A stretch of DNA of 64,000 nucleotides from the human T2T-CHM13v2.0 reference genome, Homo sapiens: NCBI RefSeq assembly GCF_009914755.1, contig NC_060929.1; one strand, 5' to 3'. Below, in pieces: positions 1 to 14,399 of this stretch; position 1 is the stretch's first letter; each line of letters opens with the position of its first letter. Below the pieces are notes generated by a model. It did no database searches. It worked only from the letters and a program-made list of their open reading frames with translations, and was not told the origin of the DNA. The translations under genes and the position numbers were made by a program.

Positions 1-590
1 TTCTTTACAGGAATTACTTTTATTAAACAGTCAAGTGTCTAGGAGACCCACATTTTCAATGATGAGCTCTACAGAGCCTAAGAACAAACAATTTTTAGAA
101 TTCTCAGGTTCATCTTGTCTGCAATTAAGAGCTGGGGTGAAGCTTTCAGGAGAAAATTTTCACCTTCTAACAGGAGCAGAGAATTTATAGCCCACTATTT
201 CTATTATTTCTATTAAGTGAAAAAAACTAGAGCACCATGAATTTAAAGCTGTTTTAATAAAATATTATAGCCTGACATAGGTTCTCAAATCATTGACGCA
301 CTTCATCCACCCAGGACCTTCAACAGACAAATTTCCAGCTTTTATAAATCCCTAATAACGTAACTATTCAGCGCCTCTCAGGATACAAATGAAAAATGTA
401 GCTGCACAATAGATTTTACAAGGGCATGCTCACTAGCAAAGTGGAATTTGATTACATTAATGCAGACATAAGATAGCAATAGGTCTTGATAGGTCACATG
501 TTTTATATGTCCATGAAAGGAGTCCCACATCCTTGGCAAGAGGGAGTTCTTTTCAAAATTATTTGCTGCCCTTGGTTGGGTGATGGCTAA

Positions 591-830
591 CATTCATTTA
601 GTGATTCAACAAATTTATACTGAACTCATTCTGCATGGCCAGCACTAAGCCCTGAGGGCTACAGTGGTGTACAAGACAGATTCATATTCTGCTCTCTGAG
701 TTCACAGCCGGGTAAACTACCAATTACCAGTTATAAAATAGTGGCTTTGATAAGTGCTATGCATGACAACGATGTGTGATAAGTATGAAGAGATGCTTTC
801 TGTCAGGTTGTGAAGAGCTCCTGTTTGAGG
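591..830 (-). mobile_element. L2 LINE 3' end remnant
   Basis: cattcatttagtgattcaacaaatttat...cagcactaagc...gtacaagacaga resembles the reverse complement of the L2 3' terminus. Confidence 0.6.
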
Positions 831-1024
831 TCAGTTGTTGTGGGCTTTGTTCTTTGAGAGGTTGCAGTCAACATGATTCTTTAAGACCAGAACCCTGCAC
901 ACTTCTTGGGCTGTATTTCTTACATTCCTTTTCTATTTTAACCATATCCCATCTTACCTACTTCCAGCATAGTGGTCATATTTAATTTTTACAAAACCAT
1001 TTTGCCACTTGCTGCCAACTATGT

Positions 1025-1461
1025 TCTTTATAAAGCAGACTTTGAGATGGAGGCTAGTGTTCAGAGGGGATGCTTAGGAGAACTTTGGAGATTAATACTT
1101 ATGGCAGGTAAGGGAAGGAAGCAGGATTAGACAGAAATATTGAACTGTGATACAAAGTCAGCAAAGACTTTAGTCAATCACATGGGAGCTCTGAAGCTGA
1201 GGTAGTCCTTCAGCATTGCCTTGAGTTGGAGAGAAACTGTTAGCTCTCTGTACTTCCAAGTTGACCAGTCTTTGGATGCAGACTTCTCTAGGCAATCAAT
1301 ATGACCTTGAACACAGTTGTTCTCTTGAGTCAAGGCACTTCTCAAAGACAGCTGTCAGCTAAGGTCTGTCTGCTGGCAGCACTTCCAGCAACTAGGGGAA
1401 ATAAATATTTTCCTTCATCTTCAAAGAACAAAGTGGGTGATTCATTGTGGCATCCACTACA
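1025..1461 (-). mobile_element. ERVL solo LTR, LTR16C-like
   Basis: aagcagactttgagatggag, gggagctctgaagct, gaccagtctttggatgc and terminal gcatccactaca (TGTAGTGGATG on the minus strand) match recalled LTR16C. Confidence 0.75.
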
Positions 1462-1520
1462 GTGGTTATCTCTCTTGTGTACAGAGCTTCATATATCCTG
1501 TCTCCACTGTCTGAAACAGC

Positions 1521-1809
<289 letters not shown>

Positions 1810-2095
1810 TGAAACAACTTTATACCATGTTTCTCTTAATATCCTTTACACAACATTTGAGTCTTAGAATAAATGTCTTCCTCTTGTAAATTTCTCTTGA
1901 TAGACTCTTCTTAGAATTTTGTTCTTTTCTTTCTGCAGCACCAAATGTATAAGGGGATACAGAGAGTAAAAGGACAACTAAAATATACATTTTGTGCTAC
2001 TTGAAGACATGAACCATTCATTATTGTATCACTAATGCTTATCATGGCTGCTACAAAGCAGAGTACTGATAAATATTGGTTGAATAAACGGTTAA

Positions 2096-2154
2096 ATGAA
2101 AGGAAGGCAAGAAGGAAGAAAGGAAAGAAAGAAGGGAGGAAGGAAGGGAAGGAG
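2096..2154 (+). repeat. (GAAG/GAAA)n purine-rich simple repeat
   Basis: aaggaaggcaagaaggaagaaaggaaagaaagaagggaggaagg. Confidence 0.85.
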
Positions 2155-2308
2155 TATGAGCTTTATAGATAATGAAGACATTACTTAAATTCCATGTGGT
2201 TTTGGATAAGTTATTTAGTTTCTTTGATTTTTCTCTCTTCCTTATGTAAAATGGGAATAACTCCTACCATTAAAAGATTGTAATGTAACTGTTACAGAAC
2301 AGATGTCA

Positions 2309-2792
<484 letters not shown>

Positions 2793-3879
2793 TTAGGAAG
2801 TGAATGTAGCTGAGGCCAGATTTCATGTGAGGTCTGATATTAATTATAAAGAAGCAAGCACTTTCATGTGTTGCAGTGATAAAAATCAGAGGGAAAGAGG
2901 AAATTCAACATTTGGTCTCACGTAATCTGTGTAAAATTTCCCTCCCTGGGCCGAGCCAAGATACTACCTGACTCCCATGACATGGAGAACACCATTTTGT
3001 TGATAAACTATTATAAGATTTCCAAATTAAACTTTATTTTCTTGCTTCCATCATGTGTGTGTCTCTGTGCAGGGGACCTAGAGGGACATAGCTACTGGAG
3101 GCAAGAAGGGTCTGGTATCGGGGACAATTTAACTTCTAGTCTTAGTAATAATTCTGCCTCTTTAGCTCTGGTTTCGTCCTATCCTTAGGTTAGGAACAGC
3201 CTCCTTTCTATCCGCTACCTAACACTTCACCTGGAGATGCCACCATTTCTCAGAATTTTGTAGCTAGGGCTCAGCCAGTTTCACTGAATGTCAGTGAATG
3301 ACCAAAATACATCTCTGGCTTTTCTTGTCTGTCGTGTTCTGCTTCAGCTATCTTCAGAACAGCTGTCCTCGGGCTCAGCCCATCCAGTCTCTGCACATGC
3401 CTAGTCCAAAAGATTAATGGTAGAGCAGCTCTTCCCAGCAGCGAGGCCGGCTGTGTTCCACGATTTGGTCAAGACTCATTTTTCTTTCTCTTGGATGACC
3501 GGGGGTACTGTAGGTGATAGTAACAAGGCTGCTCAAGAAGCCAGATACAATCCAAGGTCCGGATAATCCCTGTGGGATAAGCTATCCATGAAGCTTTCCC
3601 TGACACAGCAGCCCAGATGATCTCTATTTCAGTAAACTCCTCAAAGTTGTCGCTTCAGCTTCCTTTGTATATGATTATATACTTCAGCATTAACGTTTAA
3701 TAAGTTGCCTACAAAATAAAGTAGAAAAATACTTGCCCTGATATTTAAAGTCTTTTAAAATTTGACCTCCACTAATGTTTCAATTTGTGTCTGCTATCTG
3801 AAATCCACTCAGTTCACGGCAAGGTGGTCCTTCATTCTTCACTCTGCCTTGACGCTGTTTCCCCATCATGCTTACCCTG

Positions 3880-4536
3880 TCTTCCTATGTAAATCTATAG
3901 GGCAACCAAAGTGATTCTTTTAATATTGTAAGCCAGGTCATGTCATTCTTCTGCAGACACGCCTCTAGAAGATTATTTTGCCACTCAGGGGAAAAATAAG
4001 TAAATGCCTTTGACATGGTTCCCAGGCCTTGTCTCACATTCTGTTCTATCTCATTCTGCTCTAACCACACCAGCCGTTTCCCCCTTCCTCAATATGCCCA
4101 ATATACTTCCACCTTATAATTTTGCACTTATTTTTATTTTTACCTGGAATGCTGTTTCTTTAAATATCTAATTGTGTCTTTCTTCACTTCTTCAATTCCT
4201 TTTGGTCTCAATTCAAATGTCTCCTTGACAAAGCAGATATTGTTAACCAACCTATCCAAACTGCCATGCCCCACTGAGCCCCCACTGCCGCGTGTCACTC
4301 TCTAGCCCCTTTCTCTCTTATATCTTTCTTTGTGACACCTCCATCACATACAATATGCATTTTGTCATTTGTGTATATACACATTGACTTTCCCTTTAAA
4401 ATCAAGAATCTTGGGACCAGAGACAGTGTCGTATTCATTTCTGCATTTCTATCTTTAGAATACATCAGCATGCTCAGTATGCAGTTTGTCCTTGATGTAA
4501 TTTTCTGGAATGATTACATAAATGAATAAATAAATG
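3880..4536 (+). mobile_element. L2 LINE 3' region
   Basis: caggtcatgtcattcttctg, tacctggaatgct, aattcaaatgtc and a terminal (aatg)n-like tail. Confidence 0.7.
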
Positions 4537-5399
4537 TCAAACATCCTGTCCTGTCAGGCATTTGCTTAGGTTTTCCAGTTTTTGTTTATGCCACTCCCTC
4601 TTTTTTGCTACGTCTTAGCCTGACCTTTCCTTCCAATTTAGTTCACATCCTTGATCTTATTATTTGTACTGTTCACAGTGAGCTTTCCTTCCTATGAACT
4701 CTAATAGGAAAAGTTTTGAATGAAAACTATATTTGACAATTATGAAGCACAATATTATTTCCTTAAAAGTCTTAGGTATTTGAAGGCAATTACATTTTGT
4801 TGCTTTTTCTGCATCTTCAATTTCTTTTTGTCCTAAACTTTGAAAATAATATCTTATTGAATTTGGGTAAATAAGATTATTTTCAAACACTTTTGTAAGA
4901 TCTACTGTAGTTATAGCTAGTCTCTCCAAAAGAATACTTTCGATATTATTAGTCATGGTTTGTTCTGTTTCAGAAATTGAATAAACTTGTTTTCCCTGAA
5001 ATATAAGTTTAACCAATTAAAACGTGCAGTTTTTCTGGTCCTTGATGAATTTCTATGAGTATAGACTTCAAACACTGTGCAATTTGAATGACTGAAAGTT
5101 GTTCTTAGGTCTGTATCATTTATAATTGTGATATTGGCAACATCATAAATAGATATAACTTCTAAATAATTGCAGAAACATTAAATTATAGTGACCATAT
5201 TTTCACTATTGATTTTTTAAAGTACTCTAACTTTCTTAAGATCAGAAATTTGTATTGGAAAAAATAAATGCAACTTCTTTCTACTCTAACTTACCATAAA
5301 ATTTCAATGAGTTCTCTTTTACCTATATATTAGTATTTTATTATCGATATTAGTGTAAACATTTGTTGTGTTTCAGATTACAATTCTCTTTCTGGGAAG

Positions 5400-5555
5400 G
5401 ATTAAGTCTTGCAGTTATAAAATGAAGAAAGATAATAATATGTACCTCATTGGAACATAGTGAAAGTTAAATGAAAAATTCATATAAAATACTCAGCACA
5501 GGTTCTGAGAATACTGAAAATATAATAAAAATGCTATTGTTAATATTGTTATTTA
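5400..5555 (+). mobile_element. MIR SINE fragment
   Basis: ataaaatgaag...ataataatatgtacctcattgg...ttaaatgaaaaattcatataaaatactcagcacag. Confidence 0.6.
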
Positions 5556-5627
5556 TTTTTCTATGGAAGAACCTAGGATATTTATAGTATAAATTTCATG
5601 CTAAATAGATATCTATAGACAAATAAT

Positions 5628-5688
5628 TGATGGATAGATGGATGGATGGGTGGATAGATGAATGGTTGGAGTGACTGATGATTAGATG
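5628..5688 (+). repeat. (TGGA)n simple repeat
   Basis: tgatggatagatggatggatgggtggatagatgaatgg. Confidence 0.85.
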
Positions 5689-5889
5689 CGATTTAGAAGA
5701 AAGACTTCCCATGCCATTTTTTAAAGATTTGGCATCCCTGTGGAGAAGATAGAGATGAGCATACGTATGTTCACTCGTCCCAGTAGGCCTTGTCTAGATA
5801 ATGCATATCTGGTGAAGAAAATGTAAAGATTAGCTGAGTGATGTGTAGCGGTTGATATTACTTTAGCCCTAGTTCATCATATCTTTTTA

Positions 5890-5996
5890 TCCCCATAATA
5901 GCTCGATGTGGCAGGCCAACTTTTTTTTTTGATTTACAGATGAAGACATCTGAGGCTTAGGAATATGACATAACTTTCTCAAGGTTTCACATAGGT
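5890..5996 (-). mobile_element. MIR SINE core
   Basis: atttacagatgaagacatctgaggcttagg...taactttctcaaggtttcacatag. Confidence 0.65.
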
Positions 5997-6395
5997 GGGA
6001 AAATATAATCCATCTCCAGGACTTTTTGTATTTCATGTTAATGTCTCTCACTAGGCCCTACCAAATAGTGATTTTCTTTCTCGAGTCCATGTCCAGTTGT
6101 TAATTCAATGTGAGAGACATAGTTCAAAATATAGGGCAGAGCTTGGTTCCTTCTGGGAATTTGGACTAAGGCAACTTCCCAGTATTAAGTCATATTAAGA
6201 TATATGTGGCTGTGAAAAAATTGAGCCTATCTGTAAAAAGCCTGTGAGAAATCACAGAACAGGCTATACCATAGATCATCGCTGCCAGCTGGTTATAATT
6301 TGTGTCCCAAATATTCAAGCAACTCTGTATTCATTGTTAAGTTGTGATCTTGGTGTTGGTCATTGTGCCTTAACAAATAAATAAGGGTGTAGTTT

Positions 6396-6434
6396 TTATT
6401 ATCACAATGCTGTAACCAACTGAGCTAACAGTCT
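6396..6434 (-). pseudogene. 5'-half tRNA-Ile(AAT) retrocopy (tailless retropseudogene)
   Basis: Minus strand TTAGCTCAGTTGGTTACAGCATTGTGATAATAA matches recalled tRNA-Ile-AAT TTAGCTCAGTTGGTTAGAGCGTGGTGCTAATAA at 29/33; flanked by direct repeats gggtgtagttttt (6385-6397) and gggttgtagttttt (6435-6448). Confidence 0.75.
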
Positions 6435-6867
6435 GGGTTGTAGTTTTTAAATGTCAAAATAATGTGTGAGGTGTATTATACGTTTTCTATTAACTTTGCA
6501 CTGTATGTTTACTCTCAGTGATGACACTTAAGTTTATATTATTTATATAATATTATTTATATTATTTATATTATAATAACCAAAACCAAATATTTAAATA
6601 CATTTGGCTACAGAAAAGTTCATCTTTCTTCCCAGGGCTCAAGAATAGTTTGCTAGAGGCTTGATCCTGATTTAACCACTTCTGAAACATTAACTGGACC
6701 GGGGAGATAGATACAAGCCTATCTACGTAATTTTTTTTGTGAAGAGTAAAATTATTTACTATTGTAATACCAAAAAATATATATTTTTTCAAAAGAAGAC
6801 AAATCAAGACGTTGTCTTTTATTATTTAAATTAAGGGCAGCTTATTAGCCAGTTGAATTAGATAATG

Positions 6868-7132
6868 ACAATAATAAATGTGAAACAGTTATTACATATT
6901 TACTATATTCTGAGTACTGTGTTAAGCACATGGGCTGTATAATTAAACTCTCATCGTAAGACTAGGAGAAAAGAAATACGCGGTCCATATGTAAATCACA
7001 GAATTATGTGACCCACTGCTACATGAAAACACTAAGCCTTTAAGAGATCAATACATGAATAATACAATGTGTGGTAGAGGGGACCTAAATCCTATGTTCA
7101 TTCCACCACAACCCATGCTCTTAAATAACTGT
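6868..7132 (-). mobile_element. MIR SINE (degenerate)
   Basis: tttactatattctgagtactgtgttaagcac...ggtagagggg...cccatgctcttaaataactg. Confidence 0.5.
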
Positions 7133-7393
7133 GTTTCATATTAATAGGTAAGGGAAAAGGCACAAAGATAATTTTTTTACCAGAACAAGGAAAAATTAGA
7201 ACCCCCCATTTTCAAGCATGCCAAAGTATATTCAAAGTTAACTAATCTAAAGGTTAGAGAATAAATAAAGATAATAAAACACTGCTTGATTTATCTTGAT
7301 TTATCTCTTTGGAAATCATGAAACTCCCCCTCTATTTTTTATCAAATACAAAACACAATAAAGGTCATACTTTTGGACATACATGATTCTTGA

Positions 7394-7769
<376 letters not shown>

Positions 7770-8476
7770 TTCTCTCTACATATTTTTACAGTGACATTAC
7801 ACTCAATTAGAAAAAGCTGACCAATTAAATACATAATATATTTTTGTTTTATTGATGACTCTCACTGCTAACACATCCTCCCAAAATACTTTACCGTGTG
7901 GCTATTTAGAAATTCGGTACAATTTATTTTTGAAATGGCCACTTGCCAGATTGACAGACAGTGTGCTTTCTTTGTTAATGTGACCTGTTTCTTATGCATA
8001 AATGGCAAAGGCTGAGCTGTGTTCTTCCAGTGGAATTCAGAAGTGGAACTTATAGAATGATTTTTGTAGTCAAACAGTGATTGTTTTTATATGGCATATA
8101 GCTCCATACTTGAAATTAAATTTTCATGACATTGCCCACAAATCTTTCTGAGAAGAAAAAAAAAGGATTCCTGATTAAATTTGGCATAGTGAACATGCCA
8201 TTTATCTTTTCTGTTTCTTAAAACTTTACTAAAATGATACAACATGGCTGTGCACAAAGGTACATATCCTCAATAACTGTGTTAGAATATGAGAAAACAG
8301 TAAGGTAAAAATTAATCGACTGGTGACTGTGTGGTAGTTTAAGAAAATGAATCTTAAGCTGGAATTGGGAAAGTCATTCAGAGATTACTTTCATAAAAGA
8401 TTCAAATGGCGTATTAATTGGGTGCATCAGGTAATGGGGTTTATAAACAAGAGGATTATTTAAAATTCTGTTTATG

Positions 8477-8752
<276 letters not shown>

Positions 8753-9270
8753 TCTGTTTATGAAGAAATCTGAGTGCCAAATCCCATGCCCATATTGATG
8801 CAACAATGAGTCAGTTCTTCCACTCTCCAGCAGAAGCCTGGGAGTCCCTAGAGGGGGATATGCTGCCACTTACGCAGGAGATTGGAAGCCTCTTTGCCAA
8901 GGATTATCATCCTACTCCACACACATACATAAAAGTAACCCAGAAAGCTATTGACATTGGAGGTTCTCTAAGGAACCCATTCAAACTACTGTACAGTAAA
9001 GATGACAGTTAACAAACATCTTACATTCGTGCAGAAATTTCAATGCATGTTATGGTGTCCCTGCTCTTAAATATGAATCAGGATTACCAGACATATCAAG
9101 AAAGCATCTAACATGAAAGGCAGACAAAAAGAAATAGAAAAATAGAGCATAAACAGAAGCACTGTAACTAATATATATTATTAAATTCAAAAAAATTCTA
9201 ATATAGTAAATGGTCTGATGGAGACAAGCTGTTTATTGGTTATCAAATCATAATATAAACACTGACAATT

Positions 9271-9662
9271 GAGAGACAATATAACATAGCAGTTAAAAAC
9301 ATAGGTTTTGGAGCCAAATTTCTTGAGACTGAACTTCAAATCTACAGGTTACTAACAGAACTTCACCAAATTACTTACCTCCTGTCTGCTTCAGTTTTAT
9401 TTCTACAAAACGTGCATAAAAATAATACCCGCCTTCCGGGTGGATCACGAGATGGAGACCATCCTGGCTAACACAGTGAAACCCTGTCTCTACTAAAAAA
9501 TGCAAAAAAAATTAGCTGGGTGTGGTGGCAGGCACCTGTAGTCCCAGCTACTCAGGAGGCTGAGGCAGGAGAAGGGCTTGAACCTGGGAGGTGGAGCTTG
9601 CAGTGAGGGAGATCACGCCACTGCACTCCAGCCTGGGCAACAGTGTGAGATTCTGTCTCAAA

Positions 9663-9693
<31 letters not shown>

Positions 9694-9797
9694 ACCTGCT
9701 TCCAAGATCAGGAAATAATGCTTTGAGGATTAAATGAATAAGTATTTGTAAAGTTCTTACAGAATACTTAACATATAAAAAGCACAATATAAATATT
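9271..9797 (+). mobile_element. MIR SINE interrupted by an Alu
   Basis: aacatagcagttaaaaacataggttttggagcc...cttcagttt, resuming after the Alu with gaggattaaatgaataag. Confidence 0.7.
9438..9686 (+). mobile_element. 5'-truncated Alu (AluY/Sc-like) with (AAAT)n tail
   Basis: Begins gggtggatcacgag; accatcctggctaacac and ggagcttgcagtgag; TSD aaataatacc(c/t)gc(c)ttcc. Confidence 0.92.
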
Positions 9798-10181
9798 TTT
9801 AACAAATTTAGCATGGTTGATCTAAACAAACTCATGATGTAACTGAAATATTAAAGTGGAGAAATAGAAGTTAATTTATGTGTGGTGGAGATGGAGATGG
9901 CAAGTAAAGGATTTAAATACTAATCTACAGCGGGAGAGGCATTGCTAAACTGGAGAAACCATGGAAAAGCAATATGCAAATATTATTTAGAAACGCTGTG
10001 GACTGTCTCACGCAAAAGTAAATGTAATGTTTGAATAGTTTTCTTTAGGGATCAAAAACATGGCACAGTGATTGCTGGAACAATACTAATTCTAAAATAA
10101 GAATTTTAGAATAATGTAACTCTTTACACACAGAAACACATTACTTTTAAAATTTTACTTAGGAATTATAAATATGTTATA

Positions 10182-12215
10182 CACTAGTTCCCCCTTACCT
10201 ATGGTTTTGTGTTCTATGGTTTCAATTACTTCTGAGCAACTATGGTTCAAAAATATTAAATGAAAAATTCCAGAAATGTATAATACACCTTATTTTTTAA
10301 TTTTTAAAAATATACCTTTCAAAGTTTATTTTAGATTAAGGGGGTATATGTGCAGGTTTGTTACATGGGTATATTTCATGACACTGAGGTTTGGGGTATG
10401 ATTGATCCCGTCACCCAGGTAGTAAGCATAATACCCAATAGTTAGTTTTTCAACCCTTGGTCCCCTTCCTACCCTCCTGCTTTAGTAGTCCCAAGTTTCT
10501 ATTGTTACCATCTTAATCAACATACATACTCAATGTTTAGCTCCCACCCATAAGTGAGAACATGCAGTAAGGTTCCCTGCTCCTGTGTTAATTTGCTTAG
10601 GATAATGGCCTCCAGCTGCATCCATGTTGCTCCAAAGGACAAGCATTCACTCTTTTTACTGGCTGCATAGTATTTCATGCTGTATATGTACCACATTTTC
10701 TTTATCCAGTCTAATGTGGATGGGCATCTGGGTTGATTCTATGTCTTTGCTATTGTGAATGGTCCTGTGATACATATGTGAGTTCATGTGTCTTTTTGGT
10801 ATAGTTTATATTATGTTGGATATATATCCAGTAATGGGATTGCTGGGTTGAATGGCAGTTCTAAGTTTTTTGAGAAATCTCCAAACTGCTTTACAAAGTT
10901 GTTGAACAAACTTACACTCCCACCAATGGTGTATAAGCATTCCCTTGCATCCACAGCTCACAGCATATGCTAATGTTTGACCTTTTATCATAGCCATTCT
11001 GACTGGTGTGAGATGGTATCTGATTGTGGCTTTGATTTGCATTTCTCTGATGAGTAGTGATTTTGAACATTTTTTCATATGTTTCTTGGCCACATTTATT
11101 GTTTTGAGAAGAAGTGTTTGTTCATGTCCTTTGCCTGCTTTTTAATAGGGTTATTTGTTTTTGGTTGTTTAGTTAAGTTTGTTGTGGATTGTGGATAGTG
11201 GACCTTTACTGGATGCATAGTCTGTAAATATTTTCTCCCATTATATAGGTTGTTTACTCTGGTGATAGTTTCTTTTGTTATGCTGAAGCACTTTAGTTTA
11301 ATTAGGTCCCACTTGTCAATTTTTGTTTTAGTTGCATTTCCTTTTGAGGACTTAGTCATAAATTCTTTCCCAAGGCTGATGTCCAGAATGGTGTTTCCTA
11401 GGTTTTCTTCTAGGACTCTTACAGTTAGAGGTCTTACATTTAAATATTTAGTCCATCTTGAGTTGATTTTTGGATACGGCATAATGTGAGTACCAGTGCA
11501 ACAGAATAGAAAAGCCAGAAATAAAGCCACACACCTACAGTCATCTGATCTTTGACAAGTATGACAAAAATAAGCAATGAAGAAAAGACTCCCTATTCAA
11601 TAATTTATTTGGGGATGACTGGGTAGCCATATGCAAAATAATGAGACTGGATCCCTAACTTTCTTGTTTTAAATCGCACGCCGTTCTGACTAGGGCATCA
11701 AATCCAACACTGCACCACTCCATTCCGCCTGGGATGTGAACCATCCCTTTCTCTAGAGTCTTCATGCTGTATACACTACCTGCCTATTAGTCACTTAAGA
11801 AGCTTCTTGGTTATCAGATCAAATGTCACTGTATCACAGCTTGCTTTCAAGTAACTTTTATTTTACTTAGTAATGGCTCCAAAGAGTATAATAATGACAA
11901 GAGTAATGATGCTGGCAATTTGGATATGCCAAAGAGAAGCCAGAAAGTGCTTCCTTTAAGTGAAAAGGTGAAAGTTCTTGACTTAATAGGGAAAGAAAAA
12001 ATGTATACTGAGGTTGCTAAGATTCATAGAACAAATCCTTTATCCATGAAATTGTGAAGAAGAAAAAAAAATCTGCTGGTTTTGCTGTCACACTTCAAAC
12101 TTTATTATAAGTGGGTTTGTCTGAGAAACATATATATAGGATTTGGTACCATCCTTGGTTTCAGGCATCTAGTGAGGGTCTTGGAATGTTCTCTTCGGAT
12201 TAGGGGAAACAATTG
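10182..12215 (+). mobile_element. MER44B-like (Tigger7 deletion derivative), split by an L1
   Basis: Left TIR cactagttcccccttacc, right TIR ggattaggggaaacaattg; internal aatggctccaaag...gatatgccaaagagaagc...cctttaagtgaaaaggtgaaag encodes the Tigger7 transposase N-terminus. Confidence 0.85.
10290..11663 (-). mobile_element. L1PA15/16-like 5'-truncated L1 with 5' inversion (11490-11663 on +)
   Basis: 3' UTR ggtttgttacatgggtatattt..gatcccgtcacccagg; ORF2 C-terminal peptides in ORFs 10806..11093 and 11096..11530; inverted adjacent ORF2 segment. Confidence 0.9.
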
Positions 12216-14399
12216 AATCCGTGTTATTAAAATATTAAGAAAGCAACCCCAGTATTGTTTAACCACATATTCTGATATGATTATCATTTTGATCATTTTC
12301 TTGAACTTTTTAAACACTTGAATTTTTCTGTGGACGTGAAACCCTCTTGCTACTTTCTGACCCTGTTTTGATTTGCAGGGCCCTTAGTAGTGGTAGTCAT
12401 AGCAGCCAGAATATAAATGTTATGGCACTGGTTTTTACTTTGCCATGTGAATAATGACTCCCCTGCACTCCCTTGCTGCATTTTCAGGGGTTGGAATTAA
12501 AATAAATGATTCTCTTAGATGAATGGGAATAAATTTCTTACTCACTTTTATTTTACTAAACTCCATAACCATTAGAGAATGAAGTCATTACCTGCATTTA
12601 AAGGAAAGAGAACAAGAAGCACAGGAACGTTACAAAGGAATTATGTGACTGATCATCTGTCTTTAACTCAGAAAGGATATTATGACTTACATGTTATTAT
12701 CCATAGTCATATTAATCATATTTGGAGAAAATGTACTGAAATTAACAAAAGAAAGATATATTCTACATAGTATGTGGAACTTCAAGACTCCGAGGAAAGG
12801 ATGGTGGGGAAGGTGAAGGAACCATGTATCTCTCTTGAATAATTTAGTTGTTGGAGGCAAGGTGTTAGACTTAATCAGACATCACAAACTGCAAGCCAGA
12901 AGAAATCAGGCAGGAACATAAATGAGCAAAGATATCAAGCCTAGAAAAACCTGCTCCCAGTCTACCTTTGCTGACAGCAGCCATGCAGAAACACAGTCCA
13001 GGTGCAAGAGACATTTCCATTCTTCAAGAGTAGCCAAGAATCTAGAGTTTTGTGTCAAAAGGTTAATTTGAAATGTTTGACAGTTATTGAAGGAAGGAAG
13101 GAAGAACAGGAGAGAGGGAGATGGGGGAAGGTCAAATAGCATGGGCCCAGTCCACAGACTCCTTTTTTTGACCTCTAGGCTTAATGAATCGTTTAAAGAA
13201 GCTTCCAGCCATTGGATTTTAGCATGTCTTCATAGACTTACAACAAAGCAGGGGAATATCTTACTTTATGCCTTTTTCTAAACTTTGATAATACTATCTC
13301 TATCATATAGTCAAGCTGGCAAGTAGAAAATACATAGAAATTTACTTTCCATTTTCTGATGACATATAGTTTTCCAAAGCAAATTATTTAAAAGCTGAGT
13401 CCTAATTATTATTCCTATCACAGCCCATCTGATTAAGTCTTTCACTTCTTAGTGGAAATAAATATAAATTGGAGCAATATTTATATTGCCTTTCTATAGA
13501 GAAGAGGGTATGTTATTGAAATGTATTGTTTACTGGATGAAGCTGAAGAGGGAAGCTAGTGGTTTTTAAACAGATAATTGTCTTTGAAATCTGAAGCAAT
13601 CTAGTGTTTTAGCTCCCGGAAATTGCATTTACCCAACACACTGATATTGTTGTTATTATAAATCATTTAATAAGTCCTAGCTTTTATTAGTTTTGTTGCA
13701 GCTAACTAAAATTGGGGCACAATAAAATCCAAATTGATGAATTTTGCATAAGAATACTTTTGTGACTGGAAGAACATTGTGTTCTCTAAATTTATAAGAG
13801 TTAAAGGGAACAATTGGATGGCTACTCAGAAAGAAACAGTCAGATTTCAATTAGCACTTTAACAAAACAGCCCATGTATTTCCACCTATAGGCTTGATTC
13901 TGATCATTCAGTTTAATTTAAAAATCAGACTGTATTTTGGACTGTATGTTTTTTCCATAGCTACTGACTACTGTGATACTGGAAAATTGATTTTTACTGT
14001 TATTTGTCTGACTAATTTTTGGTTTACATTGCTTAGTCAATCCATATTTGATGCTCTTTTAATAACAAATTTTTAAAAATGGTAGTGATGCATGATTTCT
14101 ATGTATCATGTTCTTTGTAAATTGATTTACTTTGAAACAACATTGATACTTGTTTTGCATTTACAGGGTAGTAAATAATTTGCTTACATGTATACACAGA
14201 TTCTGGATCCCATAAGGGCGGGGGACTGATTTTACTCACTAAATATTCAGTACCTGGAACAGAGTAGATTGCCTACACCTTGATTTTAGTGAAAGTTTAC
14301 AGAACACAATGAAATATAACTTTTGTTGTCAGCTATGTTCTTTCTTTGATACATGGATATTTTAAATAACTATAAAACTGATAAGGCCATCTTATAGCT

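Noticed and set aside
1-60. Splice-acceptor-like ttctttacag|g at the window start
   Set aside because: Upstream context is missing, no ORF or paired donor supports an exon, and such motifs are frequent by chance.
4660-5016. 118-aa ORF in non-repeat sequence
   Set aside because: Non-ATG start, AT-rich composition, no recognisable domain or exon boundaries.
8790-9150. Possible old L1M/HAL1 5' fragment
   Set aside because: Only a short resemblance (ctgctcttaaatatgaa..ccagacat..aacatgaaag); too weak to assign.
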